Of a stretch of 43,569 nt of DNA, positions 25,850-38,294 are shown piece after piece. The notes under the pieces are model-generated. The model saw only the letters and a list, made by a program, of their open reading frames with translations. It was not told where the DNA came from and searched no databases. Every line of letters begins with the position of its first letter. Position 1 is the first letter of the stretch. The position numbers were made by a program, and so were the translations under genes. The stretch comes from Octopus bimaculoides (lineage: Eukaryota), in the NCBI RefSeq assembly GCF_001194135.2, contig NC_068982.1, positions 156,299,404 to 156,342,972 on the forward strand. Direction: 5' to 3'.

Positions 25850-26480
25850 CATAGGTGCGTACACCTAAGTCATGCAGAAAAATCAATCAGTTCATTGTTT
25901 AACAAACTATTATTAGATTATGCATATATACACAAAAAGAACTCGGTATTCACTGAAATCGATTACAAGAAGGTTTTTGACACGACCCCAATGACAGGAT
26001 TATCAAGATCTGTAAGTATATTAATTTGATGACCCCCATGGAAATGATCATAAAGCAGTTATGAATTAACATAGAGTTCTTACGGCGAGTATCATTATCA
26101 TGATTATAAACTGGTTGATATTCTGGTATATATCTCAGCCTAAGCTTGCTACCGATACTTGGTTTCTAAAAGCAGCCAAAATGGAACACACTATGAAGAA
26201 AAGGAGGTCCAAGATTATGTTCCATGTCTCCATGAGCTGTAAATAACTGGCAATGTTCCATGTCTCCATGAGCTGTATATAACTGGCTATTATAAATCTA
26301 GTTCGAAGCTTTCGTCAGAGTGTCATACACTTTAGTAAGGTCTTTAAGATGTTCTTTTGACTGAAGAAAAGCAAGACTATGACAACACGACGGACAGATG
26401 ATTTGAAACTTCGAGCAGCTGAAATAATATGGGAACTGGGAAATTCAGCGTTCTAAAAATACTTCGGCATTGATTAATGT
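25850..26480 (+). mobile_element. Old R4/Dong-like RT relic
   Basis: LFNKLLLDY...KKNSVFTEIDYKKVFDT (RT motif IDYKKAFDS) and DDLKL remnant near 26398. Confidence 0.6.
26217..26288 (+). repeat. 36-bp tandem duplication (2 mismatches)
   Basis: ATGTTCCATGTCTCCATGAGCTGTA(A/T)ATAACTGGC(A/T) x2. Confidence 0.95.
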
Positions 26481-27526
26481 AAAATTAGGTGCGTAAGTTT
26501 TACACAGTAAACACAAACCACAACAAAGCGTAACAACAGAAAGAGTACTATCTGTTCTATTACATTTTCTATACTAGTTACATGTGGCGCTGAGTATTCG
26601 ATTGAAGTATGAAAGACCTAAATTCTATTGACTTTAATGTATGAAATCTGAATAAATAAAAAGAAGAGAATAAAAAAAAACAAGTACACATTAAATACAC
26701 TATAAATCTGACAACTAGAAACTATACATTCCTAACAGAAAACATGGTAGAAAATTATTAAACCGTCTAAGAGCGATATACGAAGGCAGTCATTAATTTT
26801 AATCACTTACCAATTTGCAAGGCCCGTTCTATGTTCTTGTTGACTATTATAAAAAAAAGGTAGTATATCCATAATATCCGCACAAACAAAATTCTCACAA
26901 AAAGTTGGACTCGTCTTCGAACAGCTAACGTTTAGGCCTAAAGCAGTAACACAACGGACATACAATTACTAATGTATCTATAATGGACAACAGTAACTAC
27001 AACAAAAATAACTTCAAAATAGAGGTGATTTTGAAGGAGGTAGTGATGATAATGATGGCAATGAAAATAATAACAATTATTGCGATAGTGATGCTAATGA
27101 TGATGATGATTACTGAAAATATATATATATAGTGTCAATAGAAATCTCACTGTGTTCCTATGAGTGAGAGGGCGATGTGAAGTTGAAGATCTGAATAGAA
27201 CGTCAAACTTTCAGTTCGGTATAGGGGTGTGTGAAGATTCGTCGTAAAAGACACCACAATAGCTTGATTAAGCAATTGTGTTCGACTTGTGGGTAATATT
27301 TCTTCGTAGAGATTGTTGGAAAAAATGAAAGAAAACTTAGCTATTCATATTTTCTATTTTATATTTAATGTAGAAATAAGGATTTATTTTGAAATGTAAA
27401 ATTCTCTTATATCTGCACGGGTCCACTCAGAAACATTTCATTTCTTCTTTTTATTTTCCACTTTATTAATGATATTTATATTACTATAACTATTAGTATT
27501 ATCATCACAGTCACCATGGTCATATC

Positions 27527-27647
<121 letters not shown>

Positions 27648-27655
27648 TAAGAATA

Positions 27656-27838
27656 CGCCGAGCTGGTAGAATCGCGTCCGTGTTTATGTTCTGAGTTCAA
27701 ATTCCACCAAGATCGACTTTCATCCTTTCGGGTTCGATAATTTAAGTACCAGTTGAACACAGGGATCGATGTAATCGACATATCCCCTCTACAGAAATTA
27801 CTGGTCATGTGTTAAAATTTGAAACCATTATTATTATT
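27656..27838 (+). mobile_element. SINE family B, copy 1 of a tandem triplet
   Basis: GCCGAGCTGGTAGAATCG...GTTCTGAGTTCAAATTCC...GATGTAATCGAC...GAAACC followed by (ATT)4. Confidence 0.88.
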
Positions 27839-27844
27839 AAACAC

Positions 27845-28063
27845 AGCGAGTAGGCAGAAGCATTAATCCACCAGGTAAAATGCATAGCGGTATTTCATGT
27901 GTCTTTACGTTTTGAGTTCAAATTCCACTGAGGTCGATTTTGTCTTCTATCCTTTCGGAGAATAAGTAAGAATCGAGCAATGGGGATCGATATAATAGAC
28001 TAGGCTCTCTACTGTCTCAAAATTTCAAGCCTGGCGCCAATAAAAGAAAGAATTATATTATTA
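27845..28063 (+). mobile_element. SINE family B, copy 2 of the triplet
   Basis: AGCGAGTAGGCAGAAGCATTA...GAGTTCAAATTCCACTGAGGTCGA...AAAGAAAGAATTATATTATT. Confidence 0.85.
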
Positions 28064-28068
28064 AATAT

Positions 28069-28267
28069 GGCGAGCTAGTAGAATCAAAATGCTTAGCGTA
28101 TTTCGTTCATCATTACTTTCTAAGTTCAAATTTCACCAGAGTGAAGTTTGCTTTTCATCCTTTCGGGGTCAATAGAATAAAACCAGTCAAGTACTGGCGT
28201 CGATGTAGTGGACAAGCCCTCTCACCCAAAATTTTGGTCCTTCAGTAGAAAGATCATTATTAATATT
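28069..28267 (+). mobile_element. SINE family B, copy 3 of the triplet
   Basis: GGCGAGCTAGTAGAATC...AAGTTCAAATTTCACC...CTTTTCATCCTTTCGGGGTCAAT...AGAAAGATCATTATTAATATT. Confidence 0.85.
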
Positions 28268-28289
28268 ACGTGAGAGAGCAACGCATGCC

Positions 28290-28823
28290 ATCGAAGTGTC
28301 ACTGAGGTACATATATGCGAATCCCAGTACACCCATCATGACTACCCGTGCGATAAAGGATACATCACGCACATGCATCATAACCATATGTATGCGACAT
28401 AGTGATCTCATATCAAGATAAACAGAGCATGATTTTGAAGGAAGGGTCCAGTTAGAATATTCTTCAGGTCGAGTAGCTCATCCCCCTCAAAAAGGTCCCT
28501 GAATAAGGATTCTTTAAGAATGTTGAACGAAACAGCCATGTTTCCAGAGGTGAATAAGTCACTCTCCCAAAGAATTCCTCTAAACACATGGCTATGATGT
28601 TCCCCCTCTACTTCTGCTCGTGATCAGAGATGCACATACTGTCAGCCAACAAGGGAATGCTCAACTGGTTATGATCAAACAATTGACAAGCAAATCTGTG
28701 GTATTGAGCAGAATATTTGCTGTAGCCCGTCTTTTACACCAAGACAGAACATATATATTATAGCACATCCAATTATTTAACATCAGAAGCTATGACAGCG
28801 AGTGCCAGGTATTGCATCAGGGC

Positions 28824-28827
<4 letters not shown>
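28290..28827 (+). mobile_element. Unclassified ~540-bp interspersed retroposon-like repeat with (ATT)n tail
   Basis: Non-coding; ends ...GCATCAGGGCATT followed by (ATT)n. I recall the sequence as a high-copy octopus repeat; unverified. Confidence 0.5.
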
Positions 28828-28893
<66 letters not shown>

Positions 28894-28907
28894 GTTGTTG
28901 TTGTTGT
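28828..28907. repeat. (ATT)n(GTT)n tract shared by two oppositely oriented elements
   Basis: Direct. Confidence 0.95.
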
Positions 28908-29116
28908 ATTAAAACTTACAGAGTATATTGCTGGGTATGATGGAAAGTGTCCGTTGTCCACAGCCAGCAGACTAAGGTGACACTTGTTTTACCGGTCATG
29001 CTTCAAGAACACTGCGAAGAATTATTGCAGTTCCAAGTAATGCTGATCTTTGTAGGAGTTCTACCTTCACACTTGCACCGATCTTTTTTAGCTACACTTA
29101 TCTTTTTTAGCCTATC
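28908..29116 (-). mobile_element. R4/Dong-like 3' end (copy b), heavily 5'-truncated
   Basis: Minus strand KKIGASVKVELLQRSALLGTAIILRSVLEA*, then 3' UTR and an (AAC)n(AAT)n tail. Confidence 0.85.

Positions 29117-29184
<68 letters not shown>
29117..29184 (+). repeat. (TAA)n tract
   Basis: Direct. Confidence 0.97.
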
Positions 29185-29186
<2 letters not shown>

Positions 29187-29607
29187 AAAGATCATGAAGA
29201 AAAAAAATGCTTTCTAATTGATGTATCAATACCAGCAGATGACAACTTTTCTCGAAAAGAAATGGGAAAACTTTCAAAATACAAAGACCTGGAAATAGAG
29301 ATAACTCGAATGTGGAGTCTAAAAACAGAAACAATTCCTATCATAGTAGGTGCCTTAGGTATAATAAAAAAATATTCAGACAAATACATAACAAAAACAC
29401 CAGGACTTACAAATATATATAACATACAGAAAATTGCACTACTGGGTACTGCACACATTCTACGCAAAACACTTTCAATACAGTAAACATAAGAGCACCA
29501 CAGCAAACCACAACACATACCCAAGGCGCACAGAGCTGCGCTCGGTAGTGAAGTGAAAGCACGTTATAAAAATAAAACTACTGAACAATAATAATAATAA
29601 TAATAAT
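29185..29607 (+). mobile_element. R4/Dong-like 3' end (copy c), young, bounded by (AAT)n on both sides
   Basis: KDHEEKKCFLIDVSIPADDNFSRKEMGKLSKYKDLEIEITRMWSLKTETIPIIVGALG...ALLGTAHILRKTLSIQ* (stop 29484-29486); tail 29587-29607. Confidence 0.94.
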
Positions 29608-30304
29608 TGCCTTTGCACAGCTTCTAACGCTGGAGGTGTACTACGGTGTCAGCTGTTCCCTATCTAACTAAGATAACAAGTCTTATTTTCCGAGCACCAT
29701 CTGGAGTATTCGAGAGGTTCCAAGCAGTGTTGGTTTCTATACGTGCTCCACCCTTATTGCAGCCCCTATTTGTTCCACGTGCTTCTCCAGATTTTTACTC
29801 ACTGTTCCCAGGCCTCCGACAATTATTGGTACTACTGCTACCTTTTTCATCGACCACAACTGCTTAACTTCCCAAGCTAACCTGTCATACCTATCGACTT
29901 TTCTTTCTTCCTTATCACATACCTTGTTGTGAGCTGGGCATGCTATGTCTATGATCCAGCATAGCTTGTTTTATTTCTCAATTAAGACTATGTCCGGCTT
30001 CCTATTCTTCCTATTCTCTATCTCATGGTCGCACTGAATCATAAAATCCCATAACATCTTTGTATTGTCATTTTCGAAGATTTCTTCGGGTTTATGTTCG
30101 TACCACTCTTTTGTTCTGTCAGTCTATACTTGTTGCAAAGTGTCCAATGGCCAATCCTTGCTATATTGTCATGACGTCGCTTATATTCTTTCTGGGCTAG
30201 TAGCGTATACACTGACTAGTAATATCCTATACGGTTTCACCATTTTGTCCAGAAATTCTGCACTTATCACTTTCTGCTGTCTATTCTCTGTTTGATGTAA
30301 TTCT
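29608..30304 (-). mobile_element. R4/Dong-like 3' fragment (copy d1): CCHC remnant, RLE, 3' UTR
   Basis: NYIKQRID..DKCRI..AQKEYKRRHDN...HKPEEIFENDNTKMLWDFMIQCDHEIE..RKPDIVL...IIDIACP...VVPIIVGGLG. Confidence 0.92.
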
Positions 30305-30316
30305 ATTATTATTATT

Positions 30317-30880
30317 GAAAATAATTGCCTCTGGCTTCTATTCGTGCCACTTTTCTGTTACTTTGAAATCCACGCCGTGAGCTAACATTCCAGTGCACAC
30401 TTTTCTCGACACAACCATACCTGCGCTAATAATTATACTCTTTTCGTGCTAGCATACTGCATTCACTTCAGTGATGTTTAATACTTTTGTCTCCTTTCCC
30501 ACAAATCCTACATTTTCTTTTGAAATGAGTTTTATCAATCGTTGTCTGTATTAAATTCATTCGAATGGCTTGTTTCTGATCGGCTATAATAAGCGCTTCA
30601 GTTTTTTATTTTTCAAGTTTACATATGTCAACCCAACCAGCATTCTTTACTTCCAAAATTCTCGGTTTGTTGCATGAATAAGCAATGTAATTTTTCTCCT
30701 TGCTGCTAACTGTCCAGTCGTTCTTCCTTCGATTCTTGAATTTTCTTACTGCTTCAGTGAGTTCTTGCATATATCTGGCCGCAGACATTATTTTTACTTC
30801 AATACACCAGCATATTTTTCATATTTGATATCGAAGTACTGGTAGTGTCTTCTGTATTAAGTCACCCTCTAGTGCCTTTC
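30317..30880 (-). mobile_element. R4/Dong-like fragment (copy d2): CCHC zinc-knuckle region
   Basis: KTEALIIADQKQAIRMN...IDK...KCRICGKGDKSIKHH*SECSMLARKEY...EKWHE*KPEAIIFNNNN. Confidence 0.85.
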
Positions 30881-31611
30881 TTACAGTATCTATATTTTCA
30901 TCTATATCTATTTATTCGTATATCTATGTGTGTGTGTGTGTTGTGCGCGAGTTTATGTGTACGTATATATTATATTCTTTGAATGTTGATAGGATCAGCC
31001 GAAAAACACTCCATTCACTGAGAGTGAAATATCATTTAATGAATACAAGAGTTATATGCGAACTACTTCAACTTTCGTACTCAGAAAGTGCAGTATTCAA
31101 ATAGGCTTGCACAATACGGCAATCCTTCGGGCTCATATAATATGGCTATCCAGCCAGGAAATAATAGAAACATATGAAAAAAAAAACCAACAAAAAACAA
31201 AAACAAAACAAACAACTTGATGTCAAAAACTATACCTCACAGTGAAGTAGACTGGGGAAAGGCTAAAATTTGTGAAACTCTGTGTCTAATACGTTGTGTG
31301 GGTTGGAATATTTTCTAGTTCGAGAACAGAAACTTGCTGAGAAATATTCATCACGTAAAATTTTATGATTTAAAGATTTGTAAGTCTTTGCTCTTCATGG
31401 TTATAAAAATTTCTGTCGACGCAGTTATACAGCTTCGTATAGGACGTTTCATAAAATTATTTTTATAATTTCCAAAGAAGCAGTCCTGTTATATGAGCTT
31501 CAGAGATTCCCAAATTATGCACGGTACGCTATACTAGCTCATCTAAATACTGAACATTGCGAGCATGAAATTTGAAGCAGCTGATGTATAAGTCCTGTAT
31601 CCCTTAAATGA

Positions 31612-31612
<1 letters not shown>

Positions 31613-31672
<60 letters not shown>
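31613..31672. repeat. (TATC)n microsatellite
   Basis: Direct. Confidence 0.95.
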
Positions 31673-31673
<1 letters not shown>

Positions 31674-32089
31674 AATATATATTTGTATATAAGTATATAT
31701 ATATNNNNNNNNNNNNNNNNNNNNNNNNNNNNNNNNNNNNNNNNNNNNNNNNNNNNNNNNNNNNNNNNNNNNNNNNNNNNNNNNNNNNNNNNNNNNNNNN
31801 NNNNNNNNNNNNNNNNNNNNNNNNNNNNNNNNNNNNNNNNNNNNNNNNNNNNNNNNNNNNNNNNNNATATATATATATATATATACACACACACATACAT
31901 ACGTACACACACACACACACACACACACACATACGTATATATATATATATATGTACGTACGTATGACATTGTTTAATTTATTTCAAGATTATATGTATAT
32001 TTGTATATGTATGCGTGCCTAGAATGAAGCAGAGCATTTATTGTCGCTGTTACATATATTATTATTGATATAATTATTATTAGTATTAT

Positions 32090-32350
32090 TATCATTAGTT
32101 ATCATTATATTTGCATGTTTTAGTGTTACATCTGATGTATACTTCATCATCATTTTCATCATCATCATCATCCCCATCATGATTTACGTCCCCATCACCG
32201 TCGACATTATCAACGTAATTATCATTGTGACCATCATCGTCTCCCACCACCACCACCACCACCACCACCACCGTCATCCTCACTGCCACTAACAACAACT
32301 ATCACGACAACACCACCATCGGGACCATTATCATCACCATCTTCATGATT
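32090..32350. repeat. Degenerate (CAT)n/(CAC)n trinucleotide region
   Basis: Direct. Confidence 0.85.
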
Positions 32351-32888
32351 TTCATCACATACCTCTTACCGTTACTCTAACTACCCAAAGAATGTCACGT
32401 GATGAATACGAAAGTTATTTCAGAAATAGGAACTGTAATTAAAATACAAAAATAAATATAAAAATGAAATTTCATCTCGATGAGAAATGTCTTGAAAATG
32501 TCGATTTTAATGGATTGATATTTAGGACTATTGTTTATGCTAGGACCCCATCGATAACCGATCATCTCTTGCTATCCATTGCTTAACATCGTCACTAATT
32601 AGGATATAATTGTTTAATTGAAGTTCGACTCGAGTTCTAGATTTTTCGAATATTTATTTAAATACAAAAACTTTCTCTTCTCTTTCGTCTTTCTCATCTT
32701 CGTTCTGCCTATCTTTCCAAGACTTAAAATTCAAATATCTGTCTTATGAATAAGAGCTAGAATACAATACAATAGATCACTCAATCTACCTTTCTTTATT
32801 TATTAAAAGGTAGATGTCGAAGAGCTCAATGTTTGCTTCTAGGAATCAACCACAGAATTCATTTTGCATTGCATTATACATACATACA

Positions 32889-32920
<32 letters not shown>

Positions 32921-33025
32921 CACACACATACATATGTATGTTTGTGCGTGTGCGTGTGCTTGCGTGTGTGTGTTTGTGTGTGTGTTTGCGTGTGTGTGTT
33001 TGCGTGTGTGTGTTTGTGTGTGTGT

Positions 33026-33271
33026 AGCGCTATATCATCTGCAAAGTCGAGATCTTCTAGAGCTTCTGCATCCGTCCATTCAATGCCTGTTTGGCTTTCA
33101 ATCGTAGTTTCCTTCATAATCCAATCTATAACTAGTAGAAATAAAAAGGGAGAAAGTATACAACCCTGTCGAACTCCTGTTTTTACTTCGAATTTATCCG
33201 TAGTTCCGATTCCATGCAAGACTCGGCATGACATTCCTCGGTAAGTTGCTCTTATTATAGATATATACTTC
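33026..33271 (-). mobile_element. RTE-clade LINE reverse transcriptase fragment
   Basis: IIRATYRGMSCRVLHG...FEVKTGVRQGCILSPFLFLLVIDWIMK...GIEWT...LEDLDFADDIAL (FADD at 33034-33045). Confidence 0.9.
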
Positions 33272-33699
33272 NNNNNNNNNNNNNNNNNNNNNNNNNNNNN
33301 NNNNNNNNNNNNNNNNNNNNNNNNNNNNNNNNNNNNNNNNNNNNNNNNNNNNNNNNNNNNNNNNNNNNNNNNNNNNNNNNNNNNNNNNNNNNNNNNNNNN
33401 NNNNNNNNNNNNNNNNNNNNNNNNNNNNNNNNNNNNNNNNNNNNNNNNNNNNNNNNNNNNNNNNNNNNNNNNNNNNNNNNNNNNNNNNNNNNNNNNNNNN
33501 NNNNNNNNNNNNNNNNNNNNNNNNNNNNNNNNNNNNNNNNNNNNNNNNNNNNNNNNNNNNNNNNNNNNNNCCGGAGTCGATGATAACATAATCCCTCTAT
33601 ATTTTCCGAAAATAATGCTTTTATTTCATTATTAGAAGAATGCGTAGTGTGTGTAAACAAAAAGAATAAGACGTAGATATCACAAGAGACACTAACAGC

Positions 33700-33978
33700 C
33701 ATAGAAGTAAGAAAGAAGCTAAAGGAAAAATTACTATCGGCAAGCTAAGAAGTAGAGATAAATAGATGTCAGGGAAATTACAACCAACAAAATAAGAAAG
33801 TTAAAAAACAATTAAGAAAAGACAAGCGAAAATATTTCGAAAATTTAGCAACGACAGCAGAAAGTGCAGCTCAGCGCTAGAGCATGAAAGAGCTGTACAA
33901 CACAACTAAATTACTATCCGGGAAGAGAGTAAGAGTAGAAAAGGCAGGAAAAGGGAAGGATGGCCGGACGCTAACAAC
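33700..33978 (+). mobile_element. RTE-clade LINE APE-RT linker fragment
   Basis: YNQQNKKVKKQLRKDKRKYFENLATTAESAAQR*SMKELYNTTKLLSGK...KGKDGRTLT. Confidence 0.8.
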
Positions 33979-35856
33979 AATTATTATTTTTTCTTTTCTC
34001 TTTATTAGAGGTTTTGTTGCAGCTCATAGTCTTGCATGCGTAGCGGGCTTACTACCTGCAGCTTACGGTGCCATGCTATTTGTTCTTTTCACCTATCTAA
34101 TACTTTCCTGATTATTCTGGCCGTGCCAAAGAGGCAAACCTTTTGTAACAGTTCTACTGGGCACAATATTCCAATTTCATGATAATCCTCTTGATGCCTT
34201 CTGATACTGATCCGAAGGATCTAGCAATAATTGGCACTAACTCCACCTTCTTCATTTTCCATAGCCGAGCTATTTCGTACTTAAGAAGGTTGTATCTATC
34301 TAGCTATCTTTTCACCTTCCTACTTGACTATTCGTCGGTTAAAGGAGCATGCAACGTCAACTATATAACATATATCGTGCACCTTGTCTGTTATTCTCCA
34401 GCACCTGATCTGTTTGGATTGGGAAATCCCAGAGGATTTCGCTTGTCTCCGACTCTGTCACTCTCTGCGGTTTGTGCTCATATTACGTCTTGCCTATCTC
34501 TAGCCCCAACTTTTTTTGCACAGTTTCCAATGTAGTACTTTCGGTACCTGGTCGTGTCGCACAACTTGCAGTGGTTTTTAACATTCGTTCGTGATTTGTG
34601 CAATGGTTTCATTCACTCTATTACAGATGCGGCACAACGGAGACACTTGCTCATTCCTCAGGTTGACCCTCCAGTTCGTGGCCAGAGCTTGGTCTTGCTG
34701 TGCCATTATAGTGCTCTTGGTCTCTTTTTTAAGGGTTTCTTTCATCAGCCAATCCCACCTATTTTTCCATCAACTTCTGTTGTGGCTACATGGAATTGAT
34801 TGCGTCATTCTTCTTCATATCCCATTTGTACTTTTTCCTTTGTTTTCCCTTTTTCTCTGCTCTCAATACTCCCTCGTTCCTAACTATCACTAGCAAGGTT
34901 TTCTTACTTTGGGCTAGGTATCTCACTAAGCTCTCGAGTTCGATACGCACTCAGTCTTCCATATTTATCAGTCCCCTTCCTTCATTTGATCTCTTCATGT
35001 ATAGGCGATCAGTGTCTACACATGGATGATGAACTCCATGCATCGCTGGGAGCTTTCTTAACTTCCTGTTTCTCTCCTCTGTCCACTTCGTGATTCCAGC
35101 GCCATATCGAGCTACTACGACCGCGCGTGAGTTTATTACCGAAATTATGCTTCTGGTATTCAGCTTTGAAGCCAATATTTTTCTCACTTGCCGCAGGTAC
35201 TCTCTTTTTGTCTTTTCCTTCATGTCATGATGTTTGATTCCATCTGCCTCAAGTATTTCTAGGTATTTATAACTGGATTGAGATTGAATTGCCGTCATCA
35301 TTTCACTACTTGGCAAATATATGCCTTCTGCCCCGGCAAGCTTCCTTCGTCTCATCACAATCGTAGTACATTTTGGGAGTCCAAATACCGTCTTAATATC
35401 TGTTATGTCTCAAGCTACTGCTATCTGGCACCTTCGGCTACTTAACAGTCACTCAACTCCTCTACCTCGGCTAGACTACCTCTATTTATATGTCTTGGGC
35501 GTTCTACTTCTTCGCTTGGGGGCGTCGACACAACAATATAATCGGAGAATATCCGCACAGACTAGATTAGGCTGTCCAGTTCTGTCTCAGATTTTGTGAA
35601 TAGCTTCAGGTCGTCCATGATATAGCAAATGATTTAGTTTTCCCTTACCTCTTTCCAGATCATACTCCAACGTTTTTTCTGTAGTGTTTCACTCAAGGAG
35701 ATTATTCCCAGCACGATTATAAGAAGGGACACACTGTCCCCCTGGAAGATTCCTCTCTTGATTTTCACTTCTAGTACTTGCTTCTTTGCTGTCAATTTCG
35801 TTCTCCAGTATTTCATGCTATTCCATATAAGGCTTCTCATATTCTCTGCTACTCCA
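33979..35856 (-). mobile_element. R4/Dong-like element (copy e), ~1.9 kb, 5'-truncated: RT, thumb, CCHC, RLE, 3' UTR
   Basis: KIKRGIFQGDS, LNHLLY/MDDLKLF (35610 region), YKYLEILE, DTDRLYMKRSNEGRGLI, ILWDFPIQTD, VELLQKVCLFGTARIIRKVLDR*; many stops and frameshifts. Confidence 0.93.
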
Positions 35857-35857
<1 letters not shown>

Positions 35858-35943
<86 letters not shown>

Positions 35944-35962
35944 TATTATTATTACTATTATT
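35858..35962. repeat. (ATT)n tract: tail of copy f and 5' flank of copy e
   Basis: Direct. Confidence 0.97.
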
Positions 35963-36922
35963 GCTTTACTTCTCAGAGCACTCGATCTTAATTGCTCTGG
36001 GAGACTCTGTGAGCGCGGACAGTAGTCTGTTCTGAGAGGTCTCACAGGGTCTCTTTCCGCACACTATAAGCTTTGATATTTTGATGTTAATTATCGTCTG
36101 GGACTTGCAAGTACCAGTCCCATGCAAGTACCAGTCTCAAAATCTTAGCTGTCCCCAGCAGTGTAGGTTTTGGGGCTTGTTCTACTGTCATGTCAATTCC
36201 GATTTCTCTAATATATTTCTCAAAATTGGTTGTTAGTGTTCCGAGTACCCCTACAACTACTGGAATACTAAGGACAGACACTCTCCTTATAGCCTACATT
36301 CTTGCAATTTCATCTTTTAGTAGTCTGTATTTTTCAATCTTTTCTAGCTATATGTCACTCATGCGTGCATCCTCCAGGTATTGCAATATCTATAATCTTG
36401 GTTTCCTTTTTTCTTTAATCCAGTACAACAATATCTGGTCTTCGAGCCTCAATTAGGGAGTCACAATGGATTGTAAAATCCCCATTATCTTATATTCCTT
36501 GTTTTCGGTGACTACTTCTGGCTTATATTTTTGCCATGTCATTGCTCTGCTCAGGCAGTCCTTTTCACATAACCTCCAGTAGACGTTATTGTGCCTCCTT
36601 TTGTAGTGCTTTTGGGTTAGCTTGCTACACCCACTCAGCTGCATGTGAGATTGTTTCGTTTTTGCTGCCACACATCGTACAAAGGGTGATTCGCTACTCT
36701 TATATGTTTGGAACTTAGTGTAATTAGTTTTCAGAGCTTGTTCCTGAGCACTGCATATCAATGCCTCAGTGCATCCTTTCAGATTACTTTTTCTTAGCCA
36801 ACTCCAAGTGTTGAATTTGTCTTTTACAATTGTTTACGCTTTCTTCTTCATCTTGTTTCTTAAATATTTGTGGGCGCATCACATTTTCTGTAGGTATTGT
36901 ATTGTTAATTCAAACATCGGCG
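35963..36922 (-). mobile_element. R4/Dong-like 3' fragment (copy f): CCHC, RLE, 3' UTR
   Basis: ICSAQEQALKTNY...SGCSKLTQKHYKRRHNNV...KPEVVTEN, IEARRPDIVVLD, IPVVVGVLG, LLGTAKILRLVL. Confidence 0.92.

Positions 36923-36983
<61 letters not shown>
36923..36983. repeat. (ATT)n tract at the 5' junction of copy f
   Basis: Direct. Confidence 0.97.
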
Positions 36984-37149
36984 GTTTTTCTATCAATTTT
37001 GTTTCTATTCCTTGCCGAGTATCTTTTCAACACCTAGAACAAAGAAATTCACTATATACATTGATAGATCATTAAATTTTATTTTCACTTCAAGCACTTC
37101 AAAATCAATAACTTGCAGTTATTATGCACTATCGGACGAGCCCCAGCAT

Positions 37150-37228
37150 CATTTTAAAAGGCTGTGCTCCACCAAGGCCCCAGTTAAATGACTGAAACAA
37201 GTAAAAGAATAAAAAAATAAAAGAATAC
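37150..37228 (+). mobile_element. SINE family A, 3' terminal fragment
   Basis: AAGGCTGTGCTCCACCAAGGCC...AATGACTGAAACAAGTAAAAGAATAAAA. Confidence 0.7.
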
Positions 37229-37336
37229 GGTTAATGTTTAGTTTAAATCTTGACAATTACGTTTGTGATTTTACAGGTAAAGAACACAGGAAAGATATTT
37301 CATGCGCATGGTAACCATTGAAATAGGATTGTAGTG

Positions 37337-37558
37337 TATTCAATATCCTTTTCTACTCTAGGTAGAAGGCCCGAAATTTTTGTGGAGGGGCTAGTCGATT
37401 ACATCGACCCCAGTACGCAACTGATACTTAATTTATCGACCCCTAAAAGGATGAAAGGCAAAGTCGACCTCGGCGGAATTTGAACTCAGAACGTAAAGAC
37501 AGACGAAATACCGCTAAGCATTTCGCCCGGCGTGCTAACATTTCTGCCACCTCACTGC
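37337..37558 (-). mobile_element. SINE family B, full length, probable 9-bp TSD
   Basis: Head GGCAGAAATGTTAGCACGCCGGGCGAAATGC; B box GAGTTCAAATTCC; TSD ATTGTA(G/A)TG at 37328-37336 and 37559-37567. Confidence 0.92.
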
Positions 37559-37913
37559 ATTGTAATGACAAGATTTAAATAGAAGTGGAGGAGCAGTATC
37601 CAAGAGTTTTACATAGTTTCAAGTCTACATAGTTATGCAGGGCGAGCAATTACGTAGGTGTACCTGGACTGTTCACTCTCGGAAACCAGTGAATCTAAAA
37701 TAATGAAGAATGATGTGAAATACAATTGCTTGAAATATTGCAGTAGAGGTGAAATCTATTTAAAAATGAGACGAAGCTGTATGTGTGTAACACGCATAAA
37801 CACACGCACGCTTACACCCACAAACGCACTCACACACGCAAAGACAGACACAAACGCAAACACATACACACACATAAATACACACACACACACTCGTACA
37901 CACGCACACTCTT

Positions 37914-37949
<36 letters not shown>

Positions 37950-38260
37950 TAGGTTTTTGCTCGAATAACAGCTGTAAAGGTGAAATTTTGAAGTCACTGT
38001 CAACAGCTTCTCTGCAAAAATTAATAAATATGTACTCGTACTTTGATCAAATGTTTAATGTTGTTTTCTTTTCTGGCTTTAAATATAACTTCACATTAAA
38101 CATACATTAATACCAAGCACGCACATTGTCTCTCTCACATATATAGAAAAGTACACACGCACACACTCATATACACACACACACACATATATATACACAT
38201 ACACATATATATATACGCACACATACAGCAACAGAAAACGGAAGAATGAAAGAGAAGGGA

Positions 38261-38294
<34 letters not shown>

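Noticed and set aside
37277-37310. 34-bp micro-exon (TTTTACAG|...CATG|GTAACC)
   Set aside because: Splice-like motifs of this quality are expected by chance, and joining it to the next candidate at about 37658 gives an early stop.
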